From IMG/VR virus record IMGVR_UViG_2974693523_000001, positions 1 through 38,802 of that record: a DNA stretch of 38,802 bases; one strand, written 5' to 3'. Positions 24,594 to 33,701 of this stretch are shown piece after piece (position 1 is the first letter of the stretch; the number at the start of each line of letters is the position of its first letter). Position numbers and translations under genes: made by a program. The stretch is from a virus (taxonomy: Duplodnaviria > Heunggongvirae > Uroviricota > Caudoviricetes > Ackermannviridae). The notes beneath the pieces were generated by a model, which was given only the letters and a program-made list of their open reading frames with translations, was not told the origin of the DNA and ran no database searches.

Positions 24594-26900
24594 ATGTCAA
24601 CTATAACTGTTATTAAAAGAGACGGAACGCGATCACCAATAGATTTTTCAAAAATAAATTCTGTTGTGATTAATGCCTGTAAAGGGTTAAAAAATGTTTC
24701 TGCTTCTGAACTGATTAGCAAAGCTAAAATTCTTTTTGTTGATGGTGTTACCACGGAACATGTTCAATCAACCCTTATTAAAACCGCAGCAGATCTCATC
24801 AGTATTGATGCACCCGACTGGAGTTACGTTTGTGCCCGTCTAAATGTCTATGACATTAGAAAACGAGCATATGGTTCTTATAATGTACCTCACCTCATTG
24901 ATTGTATTCAAGTAGGTGTCGATAAAGGGTATTATGATAAAACCCTTTTAGAAAACTACACTGCTAGTGAAATGGATATATTTAATGATGTATTAGATCA
25001 TGAACGTGATAATACGTTTACGGCTGCAGCCATGGGGCAATTAGGTGATAAATACTTATTACGAAACAGAACAAAAGGTGATAGAGCGTTTTATGAATCA
25101 CCTCAAATAATGTATATGCTCATTGCGATGACGTTGTTTTCTGTTTTCCCTAGTTCTAGAAAACGTGTTAAAAACATCATCAGTTTCTATAACAATGCAA
25201 CAACATTCAAGTTTAGTTTACCAACACCCATTATGTCCGCCGCTAGAACACCTACCAGACAGTTCAGTTCTTGCGTCTTAATCAAGTGTGGTGATACGTT
25301 AGATTCTATCAACGCTACAGCTACAGCGATCACAAAATACATTAGTAAGAAAGCGGGCATCGGCGTAGATCAATCAATGATCCGTTCTGAGGGTGCGCCT
25401 ATTCGTAAAGGTGAAATGACCCATACTGGTGTAATCCCATTCCTAAAATATCATGTTGCCGCTGTTAAATCATGTTCGCAAGGTGGTATTCGTGGCGGTT
25501 CAGCTACCATGTATTATGCTTGGTGGCATTATCAATTTGATGATATTGTTGTTCTTAAAAATAACCGTGGTGTTGAAGAGAACCGTGAACGCCGTTGTGA
25601 TTACGGTATTCAAATAAATGGTGAGTTGTTCCGTCGCTATTTTGAAAATGAAGACGTTTGGTTGTTGGACCCTTCTGATACTCCTGACCTATACAAAGCA
25701 TTCTTTGATGATCAAGGTGTATTCCAAGAACTTTATGCACATTATTGTAAAAAGGCTGAAGCGGGTTTAATTCGTGGTAAGAAATTAACTGCTGAAGAAG
25801 TGTTAAATAAACTTATCCAACAACGTTCAGAAACCGGTCGTATTTATATTGCTTTTGTTGACAATATGAATGAACAAGGCCCTTTCAACAAATATATTGA
25901 TCCATTGACAATGAGTAACCTCTGTTTAGAGATCGCCCTACCTGTTCGTCAATTTGAAGATCAGTATGATGAAAATGGTCGTATTGCTCTATGTACTCTT
26001 TCATCAGTTAATATGTTGGAAGTGAAATCATTTGAAGAAAAATTGGAAGTTGCTGAATGCTTGGTGTGGGCGCTTAATGGTCTGTTGCGTTACCAAGAAT
26101 ATCCTATGATTCAAGCAAAATTAGCAACCGAAGATTTTGCAACATTGGGCGTTGGTGTTGTTAACTATGCTGCCGCTCTAGCAGAACTAGGTTTTAAATA
26201 CGGTGATGAAAACTCACTAAAATACACAAACCAATATTTTGAAGAATTAGCATATGCTCTAACAAAAGCGTCTGTTGATTTTGCAAAAGAGTTTAATCCT
26301 TGTGGGCGTTGGAAGGACACTTGTTATGGTAAAGGCGTATTCCCACATGAAAAAGCTCACCCAGGAGTTTACCAATTGGTTAGTTATTCACGCCATTTGG
26401 AAGAAAAATGGGATGAATTACGTGAGGAATTACTTAATCATGGAATTGCAAATGCAACCCTAATGGCTGTGGCACCAACAGAAAGTTCTTCACAAGTATT
26501 GAACGCGACAAATGGTATTGAACCACCTATGGAGCCAGTAACCATTAAAGCTTCAAAATCTGGTCTATTCAAACAAATTATCCCTAATCCACATCTTATT
26601 GATAACTATAACTTTGCTTGGTCTACCAAAACGCGCGATTATCTTAACGTTATGGCAGTTATTCAACGTTGGGTTGATCAATCTATTTCATCTAATACAA
26701 CATACGATCCAGATCAATTTGAAGATGGTAAGCTTCCAGCCGAGTTAGTTCTAGAAGACATTATTGACTTCTATACTAAAGGTGGTAAAACACTCTATTA
26801 TTCTAAGTTAAAAGATGGTGCGGGTGAAGAAAAGGACGTGGTTGTAAAAGCAAAACCTCAAGAACCTGATGATTCTGTTTGTGAATCTTGTGTAATCTAA
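24594..26900 (+). CDS. nrdA: Ribonucleotide reductase class Ia alpha subunit
   Basis: ATP-cone (VIKRDG), PTPIM..ART..RQFSSC, SNLCLEI, CTLSS, APTESSSQ..NATNGIEP, KTLYY and a C-terminal CESC pair. Start at ATG 24594 after GGAGG. Confidence 0.97.
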   Translation: MSTITVIKRDGTRSPIDFSKINSVVINACKGLKNVSASELISKAKILFVDGVTTEHVQSTLIKTAADLISIDAPDWSYVCARLNVYDIRKRAYGSYNVPHLIDCIQVGVDKGYYDKTLLENYTASEMDIFNDVLDHERDNTFTAAAMGQLGDKYLLRNRTKGDRAFYESPQIMYMLIAMTLFSVFPSSRKRVKNIISFYNNATTFKFSLPTPIMSAARTPTRQFSSCVLIKCGDTLDSINATATAITKYISKKAGIGVDQSMIRSEGAPIRKGEMTHTGVIPFLKYHVAAVKSCSQGGIRGGSATMYYAWWHYQFDDIVVLKNNRGVEENRERRCDYGIQINGELFRRYFENEDVWLLDPSDTPDLYKAFFDDQGVFQELYAHYCKKAEAGLIRGKKLTAEEVLNKLIQQRSETGRIYIAFVDNMNEQGPFNKYIDPLTMSNLCLEIALPVRQFEDQYDENGRIALCTLSSVNMLEVKSFEEKLEVAECLVWALNGLLRYQEYPMIQAKLATEDFATLGVGVVNYAAALAELGFKYGDENSLKYTNQYFEELAYALTKASVDFAKEFNPCGRWKDTCYGKGVFPHEKAHPGVYQLVSYSRHLEEKWDELREELLNHGIANATLMAVAPTESSSQVLNATNGIEPPMEPVTIKASKSGLFKQIIPNPHLIDNYNFAWSTKTRDYLNVMAVIQRWVDQSISSNTTYDPDQFEDGKLPAELVLEDIIDFYTKGGKTLYYSKLKDGAGEEKDVVVKAKPQEPDDSVCESCVI

Positions 26901-26908
26901 ATTAGATA

Positions 26909-26931
26909 AGGTGGGGGTGAAAACCCCACCT
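26909..26931 (+). other. GC-rich intergenic hairpin between nrdA and nrdB
   Basis: AGGTGGGG-gtgaaaa-CCCCACCT with no U-tract, so it is more likely a stability or processing element than a terminator. Confidence 0.45.
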
Positions 26932-26944
26932 AGAGGAATTAAAA

Positions 26945-28096
26945 ATGAAACATACTGAAAAACTAGCTTGGTTTGATGGTTCTGTTGAAATACAGCGTTA
27001 TGATGTTGTTCGTCATGACCGAATTGAAAAATGGAATAATAAAGGTTTGAGTTTCTTTTGGCGTCCAGAAGAAGTAGACATCACAAAGGATAAATCAGAC
27101 TTTGAAAGTTTACCCGCTAACGAACAGCATATCTTTTTGAGTAATTTAAAAAGACAAATCCTGCTTGATTCAATTCAGGGGCAAGCGCCTTCGCAAATAT
27201 TTGGTCCTCTTGCTTCAACACCTGAAAACGAAAACGCGATCACTAACTGGACATTTCAAGAGTCAATTCATTCTCGTTCTTATACCCATATTATACGCAA
27301 CGTTTTGGCTGACCCTAGTGTTGTGTTTGATAGTGTATTAGAAAACGCTCAAATCGTCTCACTTGCAGAGCAAATTAATAAATATTATGACTCATTGGCT
27401 TCGTATAATAGTATGATGGCAATTATACATGACCCCTATGTCTCTGATAGTGTTAAAGAAGCTGTTGATAAGGAATACAGTCTTTATGAACATAAAAAGG
27501 CTTTCTGGCGTGCGCTGTTTGCTGTGAACGCTCTTGAAGGTGTTCGCTTCTATGTTTCATTTGCGTGTTCCTGGGCGTTTATGCAAATGAAAGAAAAGAT
27601 GGAAGGTAATGCAAAAATCATCAAACTAATTTGTCGCGATGAAAACATGCATCTTGCATACACACAACTCCATATCAACAAAATCACACAAGAAGATCCT
27701 GATTTTGTTGCTATTAAGAAAGAACTTGAATTAGAAATGATCATGCTCTTTATGGATGTGGTTCAACAGGAAAAGGAATGGGCTGAATATCTTTTCAAAT
27801 ATGGTGACATGCTTGGTCTTAATTATGAAATCTGTTGTGATTACATTGATTGGATTGCAAACGCTCGACTAAATGCTATAGGTTACCAATATCCGCTTCC
27901 GTCACCGAGCCAGAACCCACTTCCGTGGACCAATGACTGGATAACATCAGGTCATAAACAAATAGCTCTACAAGAAGCAGAGAACGACGCCTACTTACTA
28001 GGTGCCCTAGGCGGATCATTAACAAAAGCTAGAAAGGTCTTGGCTGATAAGTATAGATATCTTATTAGATCTACAGCTACAGCTGATAAGAGGTAG
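26945..28096 (+). CDS. nrdB: Ribonucleotide reductase class Ia beta subunit
   Basis: FFWRPEEVD, QILLDSIQG, ESIHSRSYTHI, LEGVRFYVSF and IKLICRDENMH. Confidence 0.97.
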   Translation: MKHTEKLAWFDGSVEIQRYDVVRHDRIEKWNNKGLSFFWRPEEVDITKDKSDFESLPANEQHIFLSNLKRQILLDSIQGQAPSQIFGPLASTPENENAITNWTFQESIHSRSYTHIIRNVLADPSVVFDSVLENAQIVSLAEQINKYYDSLASYNSMMAIIHDPYVSDSVKEAVDKEYSLYEHKKAFWRALFAVNALEGVRFYVSFACSWAFMQMKEKMEGNAKIIKLICRDENMHLAYTQLHINKITQEDPDFVAIKKELELEMIMLFMDVVQQEKEWAEYLFKYGDMLGLNYEICCDYIDWIANARLNAIGYQYPLPSPSQNPLPWTNDWITSGHKQIALQEAENDAYLLGALGGSLTKARKVLADKYRYLIRSTATADKR

Positions 28097-28099
28097 AAT

Positions 28100-28246
28100 A
28101 TGTTCATAACACCTAATATTTGTATTGAAAAAAACAAAAAGGGCAAACTGGTTCTAGTTGAGAGTGATATACCACAAGATCCAACATTTATGATAAAATT
28201 GATCAGTTTTATTAGTCTTGTTGGGGTTATCACTTCATTTGTTTGA
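28100..28246 (+). CDS. Small protein with a C-terminal hydrophobic helix (48 aa); not in the ORF track
   Basis: GAGGT RBS and ATG 28100. Translation MFITPNICIEKNKKGKLVLVESDIPQDPTFMIKLISFISLVGVITSFV, followed by a terminator. Confidence 0.5.
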   Translation: MFITPNICIEKNKKGKLVLVESDIPQDPTFMIKLISFISLVGVITSFV

Positions 28247-28260
28247 TTAATGTTTAATTG

Positions 28261-28289
28261 AAAGGTGGTTATTTTTGACCACCTTTTTT
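28261..28289 (+). terminator. Rho-independent terminator
   Basis: AAAGGTGGT-tatttttg-ACCACCTTTTTT. Confidence 0.7.
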
Positions 28290-28353
28290 ATTACTGTCAC
28301 TAATTAGATTAGCTTTAAAATAATGTTCTAATCATCAATTATTAGGAATCAAA

Positions 28354-28620
28354 ATGTTTAATTTAGAAACAAATTTCAATGAAGATAAACCTCAATTAAC
28401 TATAGTTTCCAGTGAAAATTGTGTTAATTGTGTTTCTGTTAAAAACATGTTGACACAAAGAAATATCCAATTTAAAGAATTAAAACTTGGTGTTGATTTA
28501 GAATCAACTCAAGGTACTGGATTAGTGGGACGTGCACTTCCACTGATAGCGTTTGGCTCTGAAGAAATATTTGGGGTCAATAATTTGATGACAAAACTAG
28601 TGAAAGGTGAGATTAAATGA
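28354..28620 (+). CDS. Glutaredoxin/thioredoxin (NrdC/NrdH-like)
   Basis: CVNC redox motif, LP.I cis-Pro region, 88 aa, downstream of nrdAB. Confidence 0.85.
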   Translation: MFNLETNFNEDKPQLTIVSSENCVNCVSVKNMLTQRNIQFKELKLGVDLESTQGTGLVGRALPLIAFGSEEIFGVNNLMTKLVKGEIK

Positions 28621-29045
28621 ATATTGAAAATCGTTGTACTGGTAGAACGATGCGGACTGTATTGAATACCATTGTGGCAGCAAGTGAAGCAAAAGCAGGA
28701 CAAAAGGTTCATCTAATTTGCTACAACCTGCATTATTGTTCAATTTTACGTCGTCAAATAAGGAATGTTCTATCTACCTATCTTCCAACTTTGGAAGGTG
28801 TTGATAGACCATACTCAGCACATAACACTGAGGAAAGACGTTTTATACTGCCTTGGGGAGTTGAGTTATGTTTAGTTGCTGCTACCTCACAAGCAATGCA
28901 TGATGTAAAAGCTAAGAAGAATATCACATACAAAAACTTCTTGGATAACACGGTAACTGACGTTATAGAAATGGATAATACAACACATTTCACCTACAAT
29001 ATTAACCTAAACAACATAGGTAAAAACTATGAAATACAGCTATAA
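28617..29045 (+). CDS. Hypothetical protein
   Basis: 142 aa, ATGA-coupled to the glutaredoxin. Has an R.TGRT N-terminal motif but no full NTPase fold is evident. Confidence 0.6.
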   Translation: MNIENRCTGRTMRTVLNTIVAASEAKAGQKVHLICYNLHYCSILRRQIRNVLSTYLPTLEGVDRPYSAHNTEERRFILPWGVELCLVAATSQAMHDVKAKKNITYKNFLDNTVTDVIEMDNTTHFTYNINLNNIGKNYEIQL

Positions 29046-29424
29046 TTTAGACTTTGCTGAAGCGAGCCGAATAGCCGAAATAGCTCACCAAACCAATAAA
29101 GCGTTTTGCCACGCAATGGGTGATCACAGTCAACCTGATTGGGGTGAAGCCCCTCAGTGGCAGCGAGATTCAGCTATTAATGGTGTCTACTTCACGTTTG
29201 AAAATCCTGATGCACAGCCTTCAGCTTCTCATGAAAACTGGTTGAAAGAAAAGATCGCTGACGGGTGGGTGTATGGTGAAGTCAAAGATCCAGAAGCTAA
29301 AACTCATCCATGTTGTGTACCTTATGAAGAACTACCAACACTGCAAAAGGCTAAGGATTACATCTTCAAAGGTGTTGTTAGGGCATCACTGGATCTACTT
29401 GAAAAAGATTTTGGTAATCTTTAA
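29029..29424 (+). CDS. RyR (ryanodine receptor repeat) domain protein
   Basis: HENWLKEKIADGWVYGEVKDPEAKTHPCCVPYEELP...KD is the RyR domain signature. Confidence 0.85.
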   Translation: MKYSYNLDFAEASRIAEIAHQTNKAFCHAMGDHSQPDWGEAPQWQRDSAINGVYFTFENPDAQPSASHENWLKEKIADGWVYGEVKDPEAKTHPCCVPYEELPTLQKAKDYIFKGVVRASLDLLEKDFGNL

Positions 29425-29433
29425 AACATAATT

Positions 29434-29461
29434 AAAAATGGCGCTTAATTGCGCCATTTTT
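29434..29461. terminator. Bidirectional terminator between convergent genes
   Basis: AAAAATGGCGC-ttaatt-GCGCCATTTTT. Confidence 0.8.
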
Positions 29462-29735
29462 CATATGCCAACTTGTATAAATCCTTGAAGTTTTCTTTTA
29501 AATATTTTTCATTAACATCAATTGGTAACAAAGCATAGATATCAGGGAATTGCCCGCGCATAGCAGCTTCATGTGCCGCATCCCACCCTCTATACCATTC
29601 ATTCATTGTTTCAATATTGACAGGATCTCCAACTTCTCTACCAAACAGTTTATCACTCATATTCACATCAAGTGCGAAAGAACGCTTGCAACCGTTTATA
29701 AAAGCTTCAACACCTATTTGATAATTTGTTTTCAT
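29445..29735 (-). CDS. Hypothetical early protein, possibly Rmf/CrpP-like
   Basis: 96 aa with G.EAF..G...and EWYRGWDAA, under its own sigma70-type promoter. Confidence 0.55.
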   Translation of the reverse strand: MKTNYQIGVEAFINGCKRSFALDVNMSDKLFGREVGDPVNIETMNEWYRGWDAAHEAAMRGQFPDIYALLPIDVNEKYLKENFKDLYKLAYEKWRN

Positions 29736-29764
29736 GTTATTAACCTCGTTATTAGATTAACTTC

Positions 29765-29803
29765 ATAATAAAATGAAAAAGAGGCTTTTACAAGCCTCTT
29801 TCT
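29765..29803 (-). promoter_or_regulatory. Early promoter embedded in a stem-loop (PeSL-like)
   Basis: Minus strand AAAGAGGC-TTGTAAAA-GCCTCTTTTT; -35 TTGTAA (29793-29788), 17 bp spacer, -10 TATTAT (29770-29765). Same architecture as cassettes A and B. Confidence 0.7.
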
Positions 29804-29817
29804 TAATTAAGTTTTGA

Positions 29818-30186
29818 TTAACTTAGACTCATTTGCATCTTTTTGAAGCGATCTTCCACTTGCTCAGCGTACTGCTCCAACAAATCAAATGATGGTTTAT
29901 CACCTAATGTGACAGTAGGCTTCATTTTGTAATAGATCGGACGTAACGCTGGGAATCGAGTCATTAAATCTTGTGTGTTTTGTGCAGTTGTCATAATACG
30001 TGACATAATAGCAACAAGAATTTTTGATCCGGTTGGCAACTTTTCAAAAGTTGACATCTCAGGCTCTTGTGGTTTAACCTTAAATTGACGCTGTTCGCGC
30101 TGAACATACGTTTTGCGTGGTTGATAGCTATCAACCATATCTGATTCAAATTGACGTTCTTTGTTACGGCGTTGACTATGATGCAT
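29818..30186 (-). CDS. Hypothetical protein
   Basis: 122 aa from ATG 30186 with an AAGGT RBS; basic, Q/R-rich N-terminus. Confidence 0.65.
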   Translation of the reverse strand: MHHSQRRNKERQFESDMVDSYQPRKTYVQREQRQFKVKPQEPEMSTFEKLPTGSKILVAIMSRIMTTAQNTQDLMTRFPALRPIYYKMKPTVTLGDKPSFDLLEQYAEQVEDRFKKMQMSLS

Positions 30187-30234
30187 TTTGTTACCTTTCA
30201 AAGTTTATGGACCTAACAGTTACTTGATAGGTCC

Positions 30235-30263
30235 ACATTACAATGACTTTTTTCAGTTGTAAA
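30235..30263 (-). promoter_or_regulatory. Putative early promoter
   Basis: TTTACA-N17-TAATGT preceded by AAAATTTTTTGAAAAA (UP-like) and followed by a GGACCTA...TAGGTCC hairpin. Confidence 0.5.
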
Positions 30264-31604
30264 CTACTTTTTCAAAAAATTTTCTTCAAGGTAGCTTCTA
30301 CAATCTTTTTCAAGTTCTTCTGGTACTTCAATCATTTCCATACCATAATCATCATTTGATTCACTACCATGCATAAACTCAAACTCAGGTTTATATTTGA
30401 GTTCTTGTGTAAAACCCGTATAGTCAACATGATGATGCCACCTATTGTACTTCCAAAGCACTTTAGAAACGTCTGGATGCAGTCTCTCTAGCATTTCAGA
30501 CTTAGGAAGTGTTCCATTAGGCTTATACAGATCATCGGTGTTACCACCTTTCACCGTCTGTGTACATGCTTTATCTGCAAGGAATGTATTGATTAAAGTT
30601 GTACACCATCCAGCTTTAAGAACATCCAAACTTAGAATGGTATCTTCATTATAACGACCACGCCAACGGAATGGTAAATCATTACGAATAAGAAGATATG
30701 AATAGATTCTAGTGTTTTGAATATATGGTGAATTTGCACTAGATGGTGCCCTAAAGAAATAATAGTTCAACCCAGCCATACCAATATTTTCATATCTATT
30801 AACCCAATCCTCAATAGCTCTTAAGAAAGCACCTGTCTTGAGTTTATAGCGCGCATTATTCTTTAACCAAAAGAAACCACGTATGGTATTATCATCAAAT
30901 AACCAATGCCATTTGGCACCAAGTGCAATTGAATGATCCCAACAAAAATTACGAGCACCGCCAGAACCTTTAGGAATAGTGTTTCCTAGTTCATCACAAG
31001 CGTCATAATTTTCTTTATAAGTCATATCAAGTTGAATTATTGTTGCAAATTCCGTTTCAACTCTTTCCTTGTAAAGTTGATATTCGGTTGGTTCAACAAC
31101 AACGTAATGATAAACTTCCATATCACTTAAATGTTTAGACGTACCACAACAATCACTACGACCTTTACTAATCACATATACAGGACATTCACCTTGACGT
31201 GGACCACCTACTATCCTGTTTAGACGTATCATGTTATCCTTATAAGGGTATCTGTACATATTTCTATTTTTAGTGAGATTTTGTTCTATCAGATTAGAAA
31301 AATCATCAAGTGAATACTTTGTATCATCAAAATCAATGTAGATTGTAGTAAACGATGGTTCCTCACCATATGTATGCTCAGGCATATTAGACCAGAAAGG
31401 TTTTCTTTGTTCTGCTATTGAAAGTTCTGGATCTTTAGGTGTAATAAACGTGAATACAGGCTTACCTTTTTTGGGATAAGTGTCAATTTTTAAAGATGGT
31501 ATGTAGATTGTTTTGATATGGGGGTTAAACTTAACCCCCAATTTATCACAAAGTTTAATAAGACCTTGTTCGTCTTTTACCTTAATTTCAAATCTATGCT
31601 TCAT
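30264..31604 (-). CDS. TAGT/GREB1-like GT-A glycosyltransferase, paralog 2 (putative DNA base glycosylation)
   Basis: PVYVISKGRS, VVVEPTEY, GSGGARNFCWDHS, WLFDDN (metal-binding DD), NTRIYS, WRGRYNEDT.LSL..LK.GWCT and KGGNT, plus an N-terminal W..MPE...domain. Confidence 0.75.
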   Translation of the reverse strand: MKHRFEIKVKDEQGLIKLCDKLGVKFNPHIKTIYIPSLKIDTYPKKGKPVFTFITPKDPELSIAEQRKPFWSNMPEHTYGEEPSFTTIYIDFDDTKYSLDDFSNLIEQNLTKNRNMYRYPYKDNMIRLNRIVGGPRQGECPVYVISKGRSDCCGTSKHLSDMEVYHYVVVEPTEYQLYKERVETEFATIIQLDMTYKENYDACDELGNTIPKGSGGARNFCWDHSIALGAKWHWLFDDNTIRGFFWLKNNARYKLKTGAFLRAIEDWVNRYENIGMAGLNYYFFRAPSSANSPYIQNTRIYSYLLIRNDLPFRWRGRYNEDTILSLDVLKAGWCTTLINTFLADKACTQTVKGGNTDDLYKPNGTLPKSEMLERLHPDVSKVLWKYNRWHHHVDYTGFTQELKYKPEFEFMHGSESNDDYGMEMIEVPEELEKDCRSYLEENFLKK

Positions 31605-32952
31605 TTTTCTTTCCTAAGTATTTTTCTTCTAGGTAAGATCTTGAATCAGTATTTTCTGTTTCTTCTGTGTTTATGATAACCATACCATAATTATCAAGAT
31701 CGTCTTTACCGTGCAAGTGTTCAAATTCAGGTTTGTATTTTAATTCATTCTTAAACACTGAATAATCAACAATATGATGCCAGCGATTAAAACGCCATTT
31801 AACTTCTGAAACGTCTGGATGTAATCGCACTAACATCTCCGATTTAGGGAGTGTGCCATTAGGTTTATACAGATCGTCAGTGTTACCACCTTTTACTGTT
31901 TGTGTCGCTGCCTTACCCGCTAGAAACGTGTTAAATTGTACTGTACACCACCCAGCTTTAAGAACATCCAAACTTAGAATGGTATCTTCATTATAACGAC
32001 CGCGCCAACGGAATGGGATGTCATTGCGTATGAGCAAATATGAATAAATGCGGGTATTTGGTGTGTATGGTGGTGCAGCTTGACCAGCTACACGGAAACA
32101 AGCATAATGCAAACCAGCAATTCCAATATTTTCATAACGAAGAACCCAATCTTCCAAAGCCTTGAAAAATGCGCCAGTTCTCACCTTGTATTTAAAGTGG
32201 TTCAAACGCCAGAAAAATCCCGTGGTTGTATTGTCATCCATTAGCCAATGCCAAGCATATCCATTTTTAATTGAATGATCCCAACAGAAATTACGAGCAC
32301 CGCCAGAACCTTTAGGGATACTATTCCCAAGATCGTCACAAGCGTCATAATTTTCTTTATAAGTCATGTCAAGTTGGATGATCGTGGCGTACTCACTTTG
32401 GACACGCTCAACATACAAATCATATTCTTGAGGCTCCACAACAACACTGTGATAGACTTCCATAAGAGTTAAGAATTTAGAAGTAGCGCAGCAATCACTA
32501 CGACCTTTACTAATCACATAAATTGGGAATTGTCCTTGGCGTGGACCACCTACAACGCGATAGGAGCTAATATCACGGTCGACAGTTGGGTAACGATAAG
32601 TTACTACGCTATCTGTAACAGGTTGGTCTAGAAGCGATGAGAAGTAATCGTAATCATAATTCTTATCATCATATACGATCTCAATTTGAGTAAAATCAGG
32701 TTCCTCACCGTATGTATGCTCTGGCATCCCTGCCCAATGTAATTTGGTAGTTTTACTCAAAGTGAGTTTAGGACATGGCTTAAGAAAAGTCATTTTGGGT
32801 TGAGTTTTCTTAATTTGTTTATTCTCAACCTTGATACCTGAAGGTGATAAAAAAAGTTTATAAGACCATTCTGTCAACTTTACTTTAAAATGTTCAGATA
32901 ACACATCTAATGCAGCTTGGTCTTGAACTTTTACCCATATTGATTTTTTCAC
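31594..32952 (-). CDS. TAGT/GREB1-like GT-A glycosyltransferase, paralog 1 (putative DNA base glycosylation)
   Basis: Same motif set (PIYVISKGRS, GSGGARNFCW, WLMDDN, WRGRYNEDT, KGGNT). Start placed at GTG 32952 after GGGGA so that it aligns with the paralog; ATG 32976 is an alternative. Confidence 0.75.
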   Translation of the reverse strand: MKKSIWVKVQDQAALDVLSEHFKVKLTEWSYKLFLSPSGIKVENKQIKKTQPKMTFLKPCPKLTLSKTTKLHWAGMPEHTYGEEPDFTQIEIVYDDKNYDYDYFSSLLDQPVTDSVVTYRYPTVDRDISSYRVVGGPRQGQFPIYVISKGRSDCCATSKFLTLMEVYHSVVVEPQEYDLYVERVQSEYATIIQLDMTYKENYDACDDLGNSIPKGSGGARNFCWDHSIKNGYAWHWLMDDNTTTGFFWRLNHFKYKVRTGAFFKALEDWVLRYENIGIAGLHYACFRVAGQAAPPYTPNTRIYSYLLIRNDIPFRWRGRYNEDTILSLDVLKAGWCTVQFNTFLAGKAATQTVKGGNTDDLYKPNGTLPKSEMLVRLHPDVSEVKWRFNRWHHIVDYSVFKNELKYKPEFEHLHGKDDLDNYGMVIINTEETENTDSRSYLEEKYLGKKNEA

Positions 32953-33016
32953 TGTGATTCCCCACAAATAACCCATAATTACGGATCATATAGTAAGAAA
33001 ATTCAGTGATAAAATA

Positions 33017-33691
33017 TTAATAACCCTTCCAAGCAACACCTTTACCACCATTATGCCAACGTGCAACGTTCATTCCAATTACAATTTCCCATGTATCTGG
33101 ATGAACTTCTGCTAGTCGTGACATAACATGATCCGCGCGATAGGTCTTAACACAATGCTCAGCTAAAGGACCTTGATCTAAACTTTTAAGAATTTCCCAA
33201 GTCATTCTTAATCTTGTTTTTCTGCGAAGTGTTGAGTCATTTTTCAATTTAACAAGTGACATAAACAATCTTAGTCTATATTTTGGTGGTAAATAATGAA
33301 GATTAATACCACGCAAATAAAGAACACCTTTTTCACCAAATTTAACACCGTCACCTCTAAACGCACTAAAGAAAAAAGTTAACGGCCATTCATCCCATAC
33401 GGGTAATGTTTCTTTATGTTTGGCGTTATAACGAAATAAAAATAGACGACCTATGATACCTTTATCAGTTTCAACCCTACTCATAAAGGTTGCAAGTTCC
33501 CTATGAACAGTTTCAGACTTCAAATTAAAGTCTTTTGAAACCCTTCTCATGAACCATGCGTTTGAATCTTTATTATTGCGTTTCGCATTAGGACCTTTTA
33601 TGTCCCTATATTTTGCAATGTAACGCTTGATTAACTCTGGGTAATCATACTCACGTTTATTCAATAATTCATTTGGAATAGGCTTAGCCAT
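33017..33691 (-). CDS. gp2: DNA end protector gp2
   Basis: GRLFLFRYNAKHKETLPVWDEWPL, GINLHYLPP..R and VKTYR..HV.S match T4 gp2. Start at ATG 33691 after AGGGGA. Confidence 0.92.
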   Translation of the reverse strand: MAKPIPNELLNKREYDYPELIKRYIAKYRDIKGPNAKRNNKDSNAWFMRRVSKDFNLKSETVHRELATFMSRVETDKGIIGRLFLFRYNAKHKETLPVWDEWPLTFFFSAFRGDGVKFGEKGVLYLRGINLHYLPPKYRLRLFMSLVKLKNDSTLRRKTRLRMTWEILKSLDQGPLAEHCVKTYRADHVMSRLAEVHPDTWEIVIGMNVARWHNGGKGVAWKGY

Positions 33692-33701
33692 TTGAAATCC
33701 C

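Noticed and set aside
24594-28096. Possible group I intron, intein or homing endonuclease in nrdA/nrdB
   Set aside because: Both ORFs are continuous and of normal length, with no insertion motifs.
27991-28233. 80 aa minus-strand ORF after nrdB
   Set aside because: It overlaps the nrdB 3' end in antisense; the plus-strand 48 aa ORF with a GAGGT RBS and a downstream terminator explains the region better.
28617-29045. RCTGRT as a Walker A motif of a helicase or terminase
   Set aside because: The ORF is only 142 aa and has no Walker B or other motor motifs.
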